Notes: generated from the sequence alone by a model not told the origin. 64,000 nucleotides of DNA from Thermodesulfovibrionales bacterium (GCA_963753165.1 CAVWBP010000009.1:58013-122012), one strand, 5' to 3'. Numbered from the stretch's first letter, positions 10,224 through 18,270 are shown. Translations and numbers: made by a program.

Positions 10224-11861
10224 TTAAGGTTCCATGGCAGCATGCCTCTGCAGCGCCTTCGGCACATACCATCTATAAAGGTTATAGCTTATTCCTATAG
10301 GAGAGGGTTTTATACCCCTGAACCTCGCATGCACAATAGGGGTTGCATCCGGCACATAAAGGAAGATATACGGCAACTCTTCGGCAAGTATCTCCTGGAT
10401 TTTGAAATATGCCTTCTTCCGTTCCTCTGTGTCAAACGTCCGTCTCCCTTGCTCCAGAAGCGCATCAACCTCCGGATTCTTATACCCGATAAAATTGAAC
10501 TCTTTCTCTTTCGTCTTGCTTGAATGCCATATATCGTACTGGTCAGGGTCAAGTCCTATGCTCCAGCCGAGTATGACCGCCTGGAACCGCCGTTTATCGA
10601 TGAATTCATTAATGAACGTGCTCCATTCAAGCACTCTGATATCTACCTTTATTCCTATTTTGGCGAGCTTCCATTGAATAATCGTAGCAGTGTTCATTCT
10701 GAGGCTGTTCCCCATGTTGGTAAGGATGGTGAACACAAACGGGCTCCCGTCTTTGTCGAGGACACCGTCTCCGTCCGTATCCTGCCAGCCGGCCTCTTTG
10801 AGCAATTCTTTTGCCTTCTGAAGATCATGCCCATATGTCCTTACCCTGGGGTTGTAAGGCCAGGTATCGGGCACATACGGGCCTGTTGCAGGCTTGCCGA
10901 GACCGAAGAGGACAACATCAACAATCTCCTTTTTGTCTATCGCATACGCAATTGCCTGCCTGACCCGTTTGTCCTGAAAAAACGGATGCCTGAGATTGAA
11001 TCCCATATAGGTATAGGCAAATACGGGATACCGGAATTTCTGGAAATTCTCTTTGAAATAGCCGGTATCTGTCTGCTTTGTGTACTGAATCGGCGTCAGG
11101 CCCATGTAATCAATTCCCCCTGCCTTGAGTTCAAGAAACATGGTTGCCGGGTCGGGTATTATTTTGTAAATGTACCGGTCGATATACGGCCTTCCCTGAA
11201 AATAGTCCCTGTTCGATTCGAGAATTACGTCCTGCCCCGGCGTCCAGGTGCGGAGCCTGTAGCGGCCCAGACCTACGGGGTTTCTGCCGAAATCGGTTTT
11301 CGCAATATCCTTTCCCTCAAGCAGATGTTTCGGAAGCACCACCAGGTTCCCCCATGACGTGAGTGCCGGTGCAAAGGGTTTCCGGTAGGTAACCCTGAAT
11401 GTGTAAGGGTCTAACACTTCTGCTTTCTTCACCTGCAGATAATCCTCCTGATATGCGGTCGGCGTCTTCTCATTAATAATGGTTTTGTAGCCGAACATGA
11501 TATCTTCTGCAGTGAACTCAACCCCGTCGAACCACTTTACCCCTTTTCTCAGGTGGAAGGTGATGACGAGGCCGTCAGGTGAAATATTCCATGACTCTGC
11601 GAGATCACCGATGACGCTAAGGTCGGTATCGTACTTCACGAGGCCGTTGAAGATAAGGCCGGCAACGTCATGAGAAGCGCTGTCGCCTGCGAGCATGGGG
11701 ATCAGGATGCTCGGTTCTCCTATTGAGCCTGCTACCAGCGCATCGCCATATGCAGGCTCATCAGGCACCGCTTTCACATCCTGTTTTCCGTTCTCAGGAG
11801 CTTTGTGCCTGCACCCGAAAATTATGAGGAAAACAAGAATGAGATACAGTATTTTTCTCAT
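10224..11861 (-). CDS. ABC transporter substrate-binding lipoprotein, family 5 (peptide/nickel)
   Basis: 545 aa with a signal peptide and lipobox 'IIFGC'. It directly abuts the permease genes. Confidence 0.88.
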   Translation of the reverse strand: MRKILYLILVFLIIFGCRHKAPENGKQDVKAVPDEPAYGDALVAGSIGEPSILIPMLAGDSASHDVAGLIFNGLVKYDTDLSVIGDLAESWNISPDGLVITFHLRKGVKWFDGVEFTAEDIMFGYKTIINEKTPTAYQEDYLQVKKAEVLDPYTFRVTYRKPFAPALTSWGNLVVLPKHLLEGKDIAKTDFGRNPVGLGRYRLRTWTPGQDVILESNRDYFQGRPYIDRYIYKIIPDPATMFLELKAGGIDYMGLTPIQYTKQTDTGYFKENFQKFRYPVFAYTYMGFNLRHPFFQDKRVRQAIAYAIDKKEIVDVVLFGLGKPATGPYVPDTWPYNPRVRTYGHDLQKAKELLKEAGWQDTDGDGVLDKDGSPFVFTILTNMGNSLRMNTATIIQWKLAKIGIKVDIRVLEWSTFINEFIDKRRFQAVILGWSIGLDPDQYDIWHSSKTKEKEFNFIGYKNPEVDALLEQGRRTFDTEERKKAYFKIQEILAEELPYIFLYVPDATPIVHARFRGIKPSPIGISYNLYRWYVPKALQRHAAMEP

Positions 11862-11929
11862 TCGTGCTGCTGCCGTTTCTGTATCATTTATAAAATATTA
11901 CCCCAAAGATTCTTTTTTAGATATTCCTC

Positions 11930-12016
11930 TGTCATTATCCGACTTGATCGGGGGATCCAGTATCAGAAGCTTTGCAAATAAAGAACTGGATTATCCGGTC
12001 AAGCCGGATAATGACA
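11930..12016. repeat. inverted pair of REP-like ~28-nt hairpin units (TGTCATTATCCGACTTGATCGGGGGATCC ... GGATTATCCGGTCAAGCCGGATAATGACA)
   Basis: Read directly. The same unit family recurs at 15021-15105. Each unit holds a short CCGR-N5-YCGG hairpin next to a TGTCATT box. Confidence 0.75.
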
Positions 12017-12059
12017 ACCATTGGAACAAAATCCATTACGATTAACCAGAACCAGTCTT

Positions 12060-14849
12060 CTACCCATGTGAATTATACTCCCTGAGGTACTTTCCGGTAT
12101 ACGACTCTTTCGATTTTACTATGTCTTCGGGTGCGCCTGCAAAGATTATCCTGCCGCCCCTCTCTCCTCCTTCGGGTCCCAGGTCAATAATCCAGTCCGA
12201 CGCCCTTATTACATCGAGATTATGTTCTATCACGAGCACAGTATTCCCAGAGGCAACGAGCCGCTGAAGAACACCCATGAGGGCCTCGACGTCCGTGAAA
12301 TGGAGTCCGATCGTCGGCTCATCAAGGATATACAAGAATCCCTTAGCAAGCGCTCCTTTTCCCTTCATTGCAGGTGAGGGAAGGTTGATCATTTCAGCGC
12401 AGATCTTGAGCCTCTGCGCCTCCCCTCCGGAAAGCGTAGTGGCCGGCTGACCCAGCCTGAGATAACCCAGTCCGATCTCCTGCATGAGCAATAATTTGTC
12501 CCTTATCTTGGACGAATCTTCAAACAGCCCGATGGCTTCGTCAACGGTCATGGCGAGGATGTCATGAATATTCCTGCCGCGGTAGGCAACACGCAGGGCT
12601 TCCGGCTTATATCTCTTGCCGTTGCATTCCTCGCAGGTTATGTAGAGGTCCTCGAAAAAGTACATCTCCATCTTCTGGTATCCCGCGCCCTTGCACGCTT
12701 CGCATCGGCCTCCTGAAACATTAAACGAAAAGAACCCCGGTCCATATCCATATGTCCGCGCTTCCCTCTCTTCTGCGAAAAGTTTTCTGATCACGTCGAA
12801 AATCTTGAGATAGGTTACAGGGTTCGAGCGCGGACTTCGGCCTATCGGCGTTTGTGCAATAAGCTTGACGCCTTTTATATGCTCCTTCCCCTCGATCCTC
12901 TTATAGGGAAGCGGAAAACTCTGTTCTGTCCTGAATTCTTTCGCAAGCGCCCCGTACAGGGTCTCTACTACGAGACTACTCTTTCCGGAACCTGAAACAC
13001 CGGTTACGGCAGTCAGGGTTACCAATGGTATAGAGAGATCGACTAACTGCAGATTGTTGCCTGAAGCGCCACGGAGTATGAGTCTCTTCGCTTCCTGCAA
13101 CCTGTTGCTATAGCCTTGGGGTCTCACCGGCGGGCTGATCTTTTCGATTCCCTTCAAATAACGGGCGGTAAGCGTATTTGATTTCAGAAACTCGTCTTTC
13201 GATCCTGCGAATACGGTTTCTCCACCCATCTGGCCTCCGCCAGGGCCAAGCTCTACAATCCAGTCTGCAGAAGCGATAATCTTTTTGTCGTGCTCTACGA
13301 CAAGGACAGTGTTGCCGAGTCCTGCGAGGTCAGACATGATGCCGGCTATAATATCGGTGTCTCTTGGATGGAGTCCTATTGTAGGTTCGTCGAGAACATA
13401 GAGGATGCCTGTCAAAAATGAACCTATCTGATTCGCCAGATTGACCCTCTGATATTCTCCCCCGGAAAGCGTTCTCCCATCACGGCTGAGGCTCAGATAC
13501 TCGACTCCGACCTTCCTGAGGAAACCGAGTTTCGTGGTTACCTGCCGAAGGATCTCTTTTGCCATATGCCTCTGGAACGGTGAGATATCGAGGTTATCGA
13601 AATATTTGAGTATTTCAGATACCGGCATCATACAGATCTCCGCAATATCAAGCCCTGAAAGCTTGTACGCGAGCGCCTCCTTGCTCAGTCTTTTGCCGTT
13701 GCAGAGGGGGCATCCAAGCGGGTTTCTGTAGCGGCTGAGAAAAACCCTTACATGGAGCTTGTATCTCCTGCTTTCCAGGTCTTCAAAAAAATCATTGATT
13801 CCATAAAAGCCGTCCCCGCCCTTATATAACAACGTTTTCTCCTTGTCAGAGAAATCAGCATACCGTTTGTTGATGTCGAGTCCGCCGGACGGGGCATTTT
13901 TTATCATCTGCTGCTTCCACCACCGATATGCCGGCTTGTTCCATGGGTCTACTGCTCCCTTTGCCGGCGAAAGACTCTTGTCGGGAATCACAAGAGATTC
14001 ATCATATCTCAGGATGTTGCCGAAGCCTTTGCATTCGGGACATGCCCCGACAGGATGATTAAACGAAAAAAGAATTGGAAACGCGGCAGGTATTGTAATC
14101 TTGCATGCTTCACAGGCATTCTCAGCCGAAAAGCTCAGGGCGTTGCTCCCCTGGTCCTCCCCGATCAGGATTACCCTGACGTTGCCTTTCCCTTCCTTCC
14201 ACGCCATTTCAAGAGAATCGGAAAGCCTCGGATCATCCCTGAGAACGAGCCTGTCGAGAACAACGGTGATATGGCCTTCCTGACTTCCGGATTCCTGTTG
14301 GTTTGATTCGAGGTCAACGACTTCGTTATTCAACCAGATTCTCTGATAGCCCCTGTTTTTCAGGTCAACTATAGTTTCATCTGTTTCGAAAAGGATGATC
14401 GCTTTTTCTCCCGAATGATTTTCAATAAGTTCGGCGGCTACGAGAGACGGTTCCCACATTCTGACCTCTTTTCCGCAATTCGGACAGAAAGGAGTGGCTA
14501 TTTTGGCATACAGGAGCCTGAACAGGTCATAAATCTCTGTGAGCGTACCGACAGTAGAACGTGACCCCCGAACCGGGTTTTTCTGTTCAAGCGCTATCGC
14601 AGGCCGGATATTATAGATTGCATCAACATCAGGCCTATCGAGTTTTTCGAGAAAGAGCCGCGCATAGGTTGAAAGAGACTCTATGAACCTCCATTGGCCC
14701 TCGGCAAATACCGTATCAAAGGCTAACGAAGATTTCCCGGAACCCGATAGTCCTGTTATGGCTATTACTTTATTATGGGGGAGGGCGAGGTTGATGTTTT
14801 TCAGGTTGTTCTGCCTGGCGCCTTCGATTATCAATCTCTTTTCGGACAT
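12060..14849 (-). CDS. uvrA: excinuclease ABC subunit A
   Basis: 929 aa with two ABC ATPase modules ('GLSGSGKSSLAFDT', 'GVSGSGKSSLV') and zinc-finger Cys clusters ('CPNCG', 'CPECKGFG', 'CEACKGAG...CEECNGKRY'). Confidence 0.93.
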   Translation of the reverse strand: MSEKRLIIEGARQNNLKNINLALPHNKVIAITGLSGSGKSSLAFDTVFAEGQWRFIESLSTYARLFLEKLDRPDVDAIYNIRPAIALEQKNPVRGSRSTVGTLTEIYDLFRLLYAKIATPFCPNCGKEVRMWEPSLVAAELIENHSGEKAIILFETDETIVDLKNRGYQRIWLNNEVVDLESNQQESGSQEGHITVVLDRLVLRDDPRLSDSLEMAWKEGKGNVRVILIGEDQGSNALSFSAENACEACKITIPAAFPILFSFNHPVGACPECKGFGNILRYDESLVIPDKSLSPAKGAVDPWNKPAYRWWKQQMIKNAPSGGLDINKRYADFSDKEKTLLYKGGDGFYGINDFFEDLESRRYKLHVRVFLSRYRNPLGCPLCNGKRLSKEALAYKLSGLDIAEICMMPVSEILKYFDNLDISPFQRHMAKEILRQVTTKLGFLRKVGVEYLSLSRDGRTLSGGEYQRVNLANQIGSFLTGILYVLDEPTIGLHPRDTDIIAGIMSDLAGLGNTVLVVEHDKKIIASADWIVELGPGGGQMGGETVFAGSKDEFLKSNTLTARYLKGIEKISPPVRPQGYSNRLQEAKRLILRGASGNNLQLVDLSIPLVTLTAVTGVSGSGKSSLVVETLYGALAKEFRTEQSFPLPYKRIEGKEHIKGVKLIAQTPIGRSPRSNPVTYLKIFDVIRKLFAEEREARTYGYGPGFFSFNVSGGRCEACKGAGYQKMEMYFFEDLYITCEECNGKRYKPEALRVAYRGRNIHDILAMTVDEAIGLFEDSSKIRDKLLLMQEIGLGYLRLGQPATTLSGGEAQRLKICAEMINLPSPAMKGKGALAKGFLYILDEPTIGLHFTDVEALMGVLQRLVASGNTVLVIEHNLDVIRASDWIIDLGPEGGERGGRIIFAGAPEDIVKSKESYTGKYLREYNSHG

Positions 14850-14895
14850 CCTGATATTTTAACACGGTTCATGTGTTGTAAACGAAGGTGACGGT

Positions 14896-14911
14896 TGTTC
14901 CACGTGGAACA
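14896..14911. promoter_or_regulatory. parS-like ParB/Spo0J binding site TGTTCCACGTGGAACA
   Basis: A perfect 16-bp palindrome that differs from the Firmicutes-type parS consensus TGTTNCACGTGAAACA at one position. It lies 47 bp upstream of the uvrA start. Confidence 0.65.
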
Positions 14912-15020
14912 TTTCTCTGAAGGCTTGCCACCAGGAATACAATTGAAACCAGACCTGTCCAAAATGAATTTTTGCCCTGCAATACCCATATTAAGGATAT
15001 GAGTCTATCTATAAGGTCGT

Positions 15021-15105
15021 AGTTTGTCATTCTCCGGCTTGACCGGGGGATACATACCTCATTGAAAAGGCTGGTTTCCCCGATCGAGTCGGGGAATGAC
15101 AAACT
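15021..15105. repeat. inverted pair of REP-like hairpin units (AGTTTGTCATTCTCCGGCTTGACCGGGGGA ... TCCCCGATCGAGTCGGGGAATGACAAACT)
   Basis: Same unit family as 11930-12016, so the two pairs bracket uvrA. The outer 12 nt are perfectly inverted. Confidence 0.75.
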
Positions 15106-15134
15106 TTGGAATAGAGTTATCAATAACGTAAATT
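15106..15134 (+). promoter_or_regulatory. candidate sigma70-type promoter (TTGGAA-N17-TAAATT) in front of repeat copy 1
   Basis: The hexamers and 17-nt spacer are read directly. The predicted start falls at the 5' base of the closing stem. The hexamers are only moderate matches. Confidence 0.35.
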
Positions 15135-15136
15135 AT

Positions 15137-15325
15137 GGATAAGGGATGCAGCTCAATTTCTGAACCGAAATCACGGGTAATCCCGAATAGGCTTTGCCTT
15201 TCGGGACCGAAGACGGAGCGGAGGCCTCAGCTTTCAATACTTCTCTCACATTGAAGTCAGGGAAAGGTTCGCATAGAAACATAGGGAGTTTAGTTCGGTT
15301 CAGAAATTGGGCTGCATCCCTATCC
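15137..15325 (+). repeat. copy 1 of a ~185-nt structured repeat (candidate small RNA or MITE-like element) with a 27-bp closing stem
   Basis: The 5' arm GGGATGCAGCTCAATTTCTGAACCGAA (15143-15169) pairs with the 3' arm TTCGGTTCAGAAATTGGGCTGCATCCC (15294-15320). There is an internal 11-bp hairpin TCCCGAATAGGCTTTGCCTTTCGGGA. The element is followed by TTTATTTTTT (15326-15335). Confidence 0.7.
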
Positions 15326-15397
15326 TTTATTTTTTGAACCGACAACAACGGGGCAATTGTTTTTCGAACAGCGTTGGCACTTTTCGGGTCAAAGAGT

Positions 15398-15417
15398 AAT
15401 GTTCCACGTGGAACATT
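15398..15417. promoter_or_regulatory. parS-like site, 20-bp perfect palindrome AATGTTCCACGTGGAACATT (core 15400-15415)
   Basis: The 16-bp core is identical to the site at 14896-14911. It lies 73 bp upstream of the 15490 ATG. Confidence 0.65.
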
Positions 15418-15489
15418 GCACTATTCAATTGCAGACATTGTAACGATTCATTTAAACTATTGAGAAAACAGATACGGGAGCAATCATTG

Positions 15490-16017
15490 ATGGAAGAGAG
15501 AGAACAGCAGGTAAAAAAGAAAATCATGGAAGAAGTCCAGATTGAGTCCATGCAGCTTATAGGGGTAAAACAGTTGGTCTGGACAGTGCTTCTTGAGGAT
15601 AAAAAGTATGAGCCCGGGGACATTGCCATTGATCCCGAGTACACACTGCAGCTGAGTTCTGGTCAGGCACCAGTCAGCATGGACATGGTTGTCAGGCTTG
15701 CGGGAGTGGACTTTCTTGCCATAAAATGTTCCTCATCGGATATTGAATCCTGGGTACGTTATGTTACGGCATTTGCGCGTGCAGTGAACGATTACCAGAT
15801 GCCCTACACCATGGTAACGGATGGAGAGAATGCGAAGATTATCGACGTCCTGAAAGGAACTCTTATCGGCGAATCAATCTATGATCTTTTTACCCGCGGA
15901 CAGGCCATGGAAAAGATGAAGGACTTTCAGAAAATACCCTGTCCTGAAAAAAGGCTTGAAAGGGAAAAGAGTATAGTGCACGCATTTGAAGGGATCAAAT
16001 GCCCTCTGACTAAATAA
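15490..16017 (+). CDS. HsdR-N-terminal-domain-like protein (PD-(D/E)xK nuclease fold), orphan
   Basis: 175 aa from the ATG at 15490 (the track ORF opens at a TTG at 15460). A nuclease-core-like pattern 'PVSMDMVVRLAGVDFLAIKC' is followed by 'YTMVTDGENAKIIDV', as in stand-alone HsdR_N proteins. No hsdM, hsdS or helicase is nearby. Confidence 0.6.
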   Translation: MEEREQQVKKKIMEEVQIESMQLIGVKQLVWTVLLEDKKYEPGDIAIDPEYTLQLSSGQAPVSMDMVVRLAGVDFLAIKCSSSDIESWVRYVTAFARAVNDYQMPYTMVTDGENAKIIDVLKGTLIGESIYDLFTRGQAMEKMKDFQKIPCPEKRLEREKSIVHAFEGIKCPLTK

Positions 16018-16171
16018 TACGTATATGACCGTGTTAGTTTTTCAGAATCATTCTGTACTTTTCAGGGACTTAAAACCTGAACCGACATGAAACTCTAACC
16101 CGGCCCATCTGATTCATGAGTTTCTTTCATCTATCTCAGAATCAAACCTATTCAATTAATGCAGAACCTCA

Positions 16172-16353
16172 GGGATATGGTTCAATTTCCGAATCGAAAT
16201 CACGGGTAATCCCGAATAGGCTTTGCCTTTCGGGAACCGAAGACGAAGCGGAGGTCTCAGCCATCAAAAGCTTCAATTCACATTCACAGTCAGAGAAAGG
16301 TTTGCACAGAAACAGAGGGAGTTTAGTTCGATTTGGAAATTAAGCCATATCCC
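16172..16353 (+). repeat. copy 2 of the ~185-nt structured repeat, same orientation as copy 1
   Basis: The 5' arm GGGATATGGTTCAATTTCCGAATCGAA (16172-16198) pairs with TTCGATTTGGAAATTAAGCCATATCCC (16327-16353). About 60 nt after the 5' arm are near-identical to copy 1, the central part diverges, and the 3' ~35 nt are conserved. Confidence 0.7.
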
Positions 16354-16519
16354 GATGCCATTCCGAGCAGCATGAGCAAAATTATTCATGGATTCCCGGA
16401 CATATAGTATTGGTTCAATAGATTTACTTGAAAAATTTCTTTTGCAGATTACTAGGTCATGGGGTTTTGTGAAGGGAGGCAGTCCGATGCTTCCTGGCCC
16501 CTGCCTCCCGGAGATAGCC

Positions 16520-16711
16520 TTAATTACAGCGTGGTTCCCATTCGATAATGGTTTTACAGACCGGACACCGCACCATTACCGCCGGCATGCCATAAGGGTC
16601 TTTGCCCTGATCAGTTACATTGCGGACCAGATCATGAATGCCCAGAGTGAAGCTGCAATTCTTGCATACCTGTGTATTTGGAACCGGAATCGTAACAAAC
16701 GGTCTGCTCAT
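16520..16711 (-). CDS. small zinc-ribbon protein (63 aa), function unknown
   Basis: Two CxxC pairs ('CKNC' and 'CPVC'). AAGGAG lies 8 nt upstream of the ATG. A GGAGGCAG...CTGCCTCC hairpin follows the stop. Confidence 0.5.
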   Translation of the reverse strand: MSRPFVTIPVPNTQVCKNCSFTLGIHDLVRNVTDQGKDPYGMPAVMVRCPVCKTIIEWEPRCN

Positions 16712-16898
16712 GGGCTGGTTCTCCTTCTTGCGCTTTATTTATTATATTTATTATTTATATAATATTTTTAAGCTTTTGTCAAACATAAACGCCCTGCTTA
16801 AATAAAATGCTGTTATATCAAATAGTTAGCATGATGGGCAGAACAATGAGAAAAAACAAGGCTGTGCATTGATGAAAAAATCACATAATTGAAAAATA

Positions 16899-16974
<76 letters not shown>

Positions 16975-17105
16975 ACTTCTGAAACAGTGAACAGTGCGAA
17001 GTGAATAGTTTAAAAACTGAAAACAGTAAAACCCTTCTTCACTTTTTACTGATCACGATCCACTCATTACTGTTCACGGTGAATTTTGCATTGCAAAATT
17101 CAAAA

Positions 17106-17182
17106 TGGCGCGCCTGAGAGGATTCGAACCTCCGACCCTCGGCTCCGGAGGCCGATGCTCTGATCCGCTGAGCTACAGGCGC
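17106..17182 (-). tRNA. tRNA-Arg (anticodon CCG), CCA encoded
   Basis: Manual fold: acceptor GCGCCTG/CAGGCGC, anticodon stem TCGGC/GCCGA with loop CTCCGGA, T-loop GGTTCGAATCC. Confidence 0.93.
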
Positions 17183-17282
17183 ACTCAATAATAATTATAA
17201 GTGATAAGTCAGCATCCGGAAACAATTAAATATCTGTAATTTTCACTGCCCGCTCTTCGCGGCAAATTCTGCATAGCAAAAT

Positions 17283-17360
17283 TTGGGGTGAGTGAGGGGA
17301 CTCGAACCCCCAACCACTGGAGCCACAGTCCAGTGCTCTGACCATTGAGCTACACTCACC
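17283..17360 (-). tRNA. tRNA-His (anticodon GTG) with encoded G-1 and CCA
   Basis: Manual fold: anticodon stem CTGGA/TCCAG with loop CTGTGGC. An extra 5' G pairs with the discriminator C, which is the His identity element. Confidence 0.92.
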
Positions 17361-17490
17361 ATCGAACAACAGTTATCGGTGAATAGTAATTAGTATTCAG
17401 TAAAAACTTAAGAATGTAATTCCTTATTCTTTAAATATATACTAATTCCTGTCGACTATTCACTGTAAATTTATTTTTACGAAATTTACA

Positions 17491-17567
<77 letters not shown>

Positions 17568-17618
17568 ACGGTAAACAGAAAAATCCTTACAAAGCCTGCA
17601 AATTGGGTTTAAGTTAGA

Positions 17619-17648
17619 ATTATATGAGTTTCGAGGAATTCATGTCAA
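17619..17648 (-). promoter_or_regulatory. consensus sigma70 promoter TTGACA-N18-TATAAT for the 4-tRNA operon
   Basis: On the minus strand the -35 TTGACA is at 17648-17643 and the -10 TATAAT at 17624-17619, about 50 nt upstream of tRNA-Arg(TCT). It overlaps the last codons of the HAD hydrolase gene. Confidence 0.6.
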
Positions 17649-18270
17649 GGATGCGGGGCAGCGCATCGAAACTGTCTATGGCGTAATCTGCTTCGAGAAG
17701 ATGCTGTTTCTCGCCATATCCGTAGAGGACCGCAAGAGTTTTTACCCCGGCCCTTTTCCCTGCATCGATATCAAATTTACTGTCTCCTACCATAAGCGCT
17801 TCTTCAGGGAGGGCGTGAAACTTTTCAAGGACATGGAGAAGAGGCACTGCGGACGGTTTCTTTTCAGCGGTTGTATCGCTCCCTACGACGAGGTCGAAAT
17901 ATTTCAGAAGGTCCAGCGTATCCAGAAGCTGTACAGACAGGTTTTCTCTTTTGTTCGAAACCACTACTTTCCTGTGCGCATAAAGTTTTTCCAGGGTTTC
18001 CGCGACGTTCGGATATACCACAGAGTGATCGGTCAGGTGCGCGGAGTAATAATCGAGGAACCTCTCGATTACCGTTTCCCTCAGGTCCGGCTTATCCTCT
18101 CCGCATGCCTTTTCGATAAGCCTTGTCACTCCTTCGCCAATCATCGCGATGGTTTCCTTTATGGTGAGTTTCTTCAGTGCAAAGGGTTCTCCCGCATAGT
18201 TCAGGGCATTGGCAATATCCTGGCTTGTGTCGACGAGGGTGCCGTCGAGATCCAGCATGATGAGCTTCAT
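17620..18270 (-). CDS. HAD-family hydrolase, phosphoglycolate phosphatase-like
   Basis: HAD motif I 'MLDLDGTLVDT', motif III/IV 'KKPS...MVGDSKFDIDAG'. The start is placed at the MKLIMLDLDG methionine; the track ORF extends to 18291. Confidence 0.85.
   Translation of the reverse strand: MKLIMLDLDGTLVDTSQDIANALNYAGEPFALKKLTIKETIAMIGEGVTRLIEKACGEDKPDLRETVIERFLDYYSAHLTDHSVVYPNVAETLEKLYAHRKVVVSNKRENLSVQLLDTLDLLKYFDLVVGSDTTAEKKPSAVPLLHVLEKFHALPEEALMVGDSKFDIDAGKRAGVKTLAVLYGYGEKQHLLEADYAIDSFDALPRILDMNSSKLI

Noticed and set aside
10524-11357. 277-aa plus-strand ORF inside the peptide-binding protein gene
   Set aside because: It is antisense to a well-supported family-5 substrate-binding lipoprotein. 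There are no recognisable motifs.
14869-15123. 84-aa minus-strand ORF between uvrA and repeat copy 1
   Set aside because: It is composed of the REP-like hairpin pair (giving 'SSRRMT' and 'FPDSIGE'-type text) and the parS palindrome. It is a repeat-derived artefact.
15137-15325. Copy 1 as a 6S RNA (similar length, paired ends, own promoter and U-tract)
   Set aside because: I could not pair the interior 5' and 3' halves into the extended helix with a central bubble that defines 6S RNA. The interior instead forms local hairpins. Partial copies elsewhere fit a dispersed repeat better.
15137-16353. The two structured repeats as integron attC sites flanking a gene cassette (CALIN-like)
   Set aside because: attC sites also conserve structure over sequence. 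These elements, however, lack the RYYYAAC/GTTRRRY core sites at their ends and are longer than typical attC sites. They share ~100 nt of primary sequence, and no intI is present.
16388-16762. 124-aa plus-strand ORF
   Set aside because: It overlaps the better-supported 63-aa zinc-ribbon ORF on the other strand, lacks an RBS, and ends in AT-rich low-complexity text ('LLLALYLLYLLFI').
14850-16898. The whole uvrA-tRNA-Lys spacer as an integrative island using tRNA-Lys as its attachment site
   Set aside because: The region does lie on the 3' side of tRNA-Lys. However, I found no direct repeat of the tRNA 3' end at the far boundary, and no integrase or excisionase.
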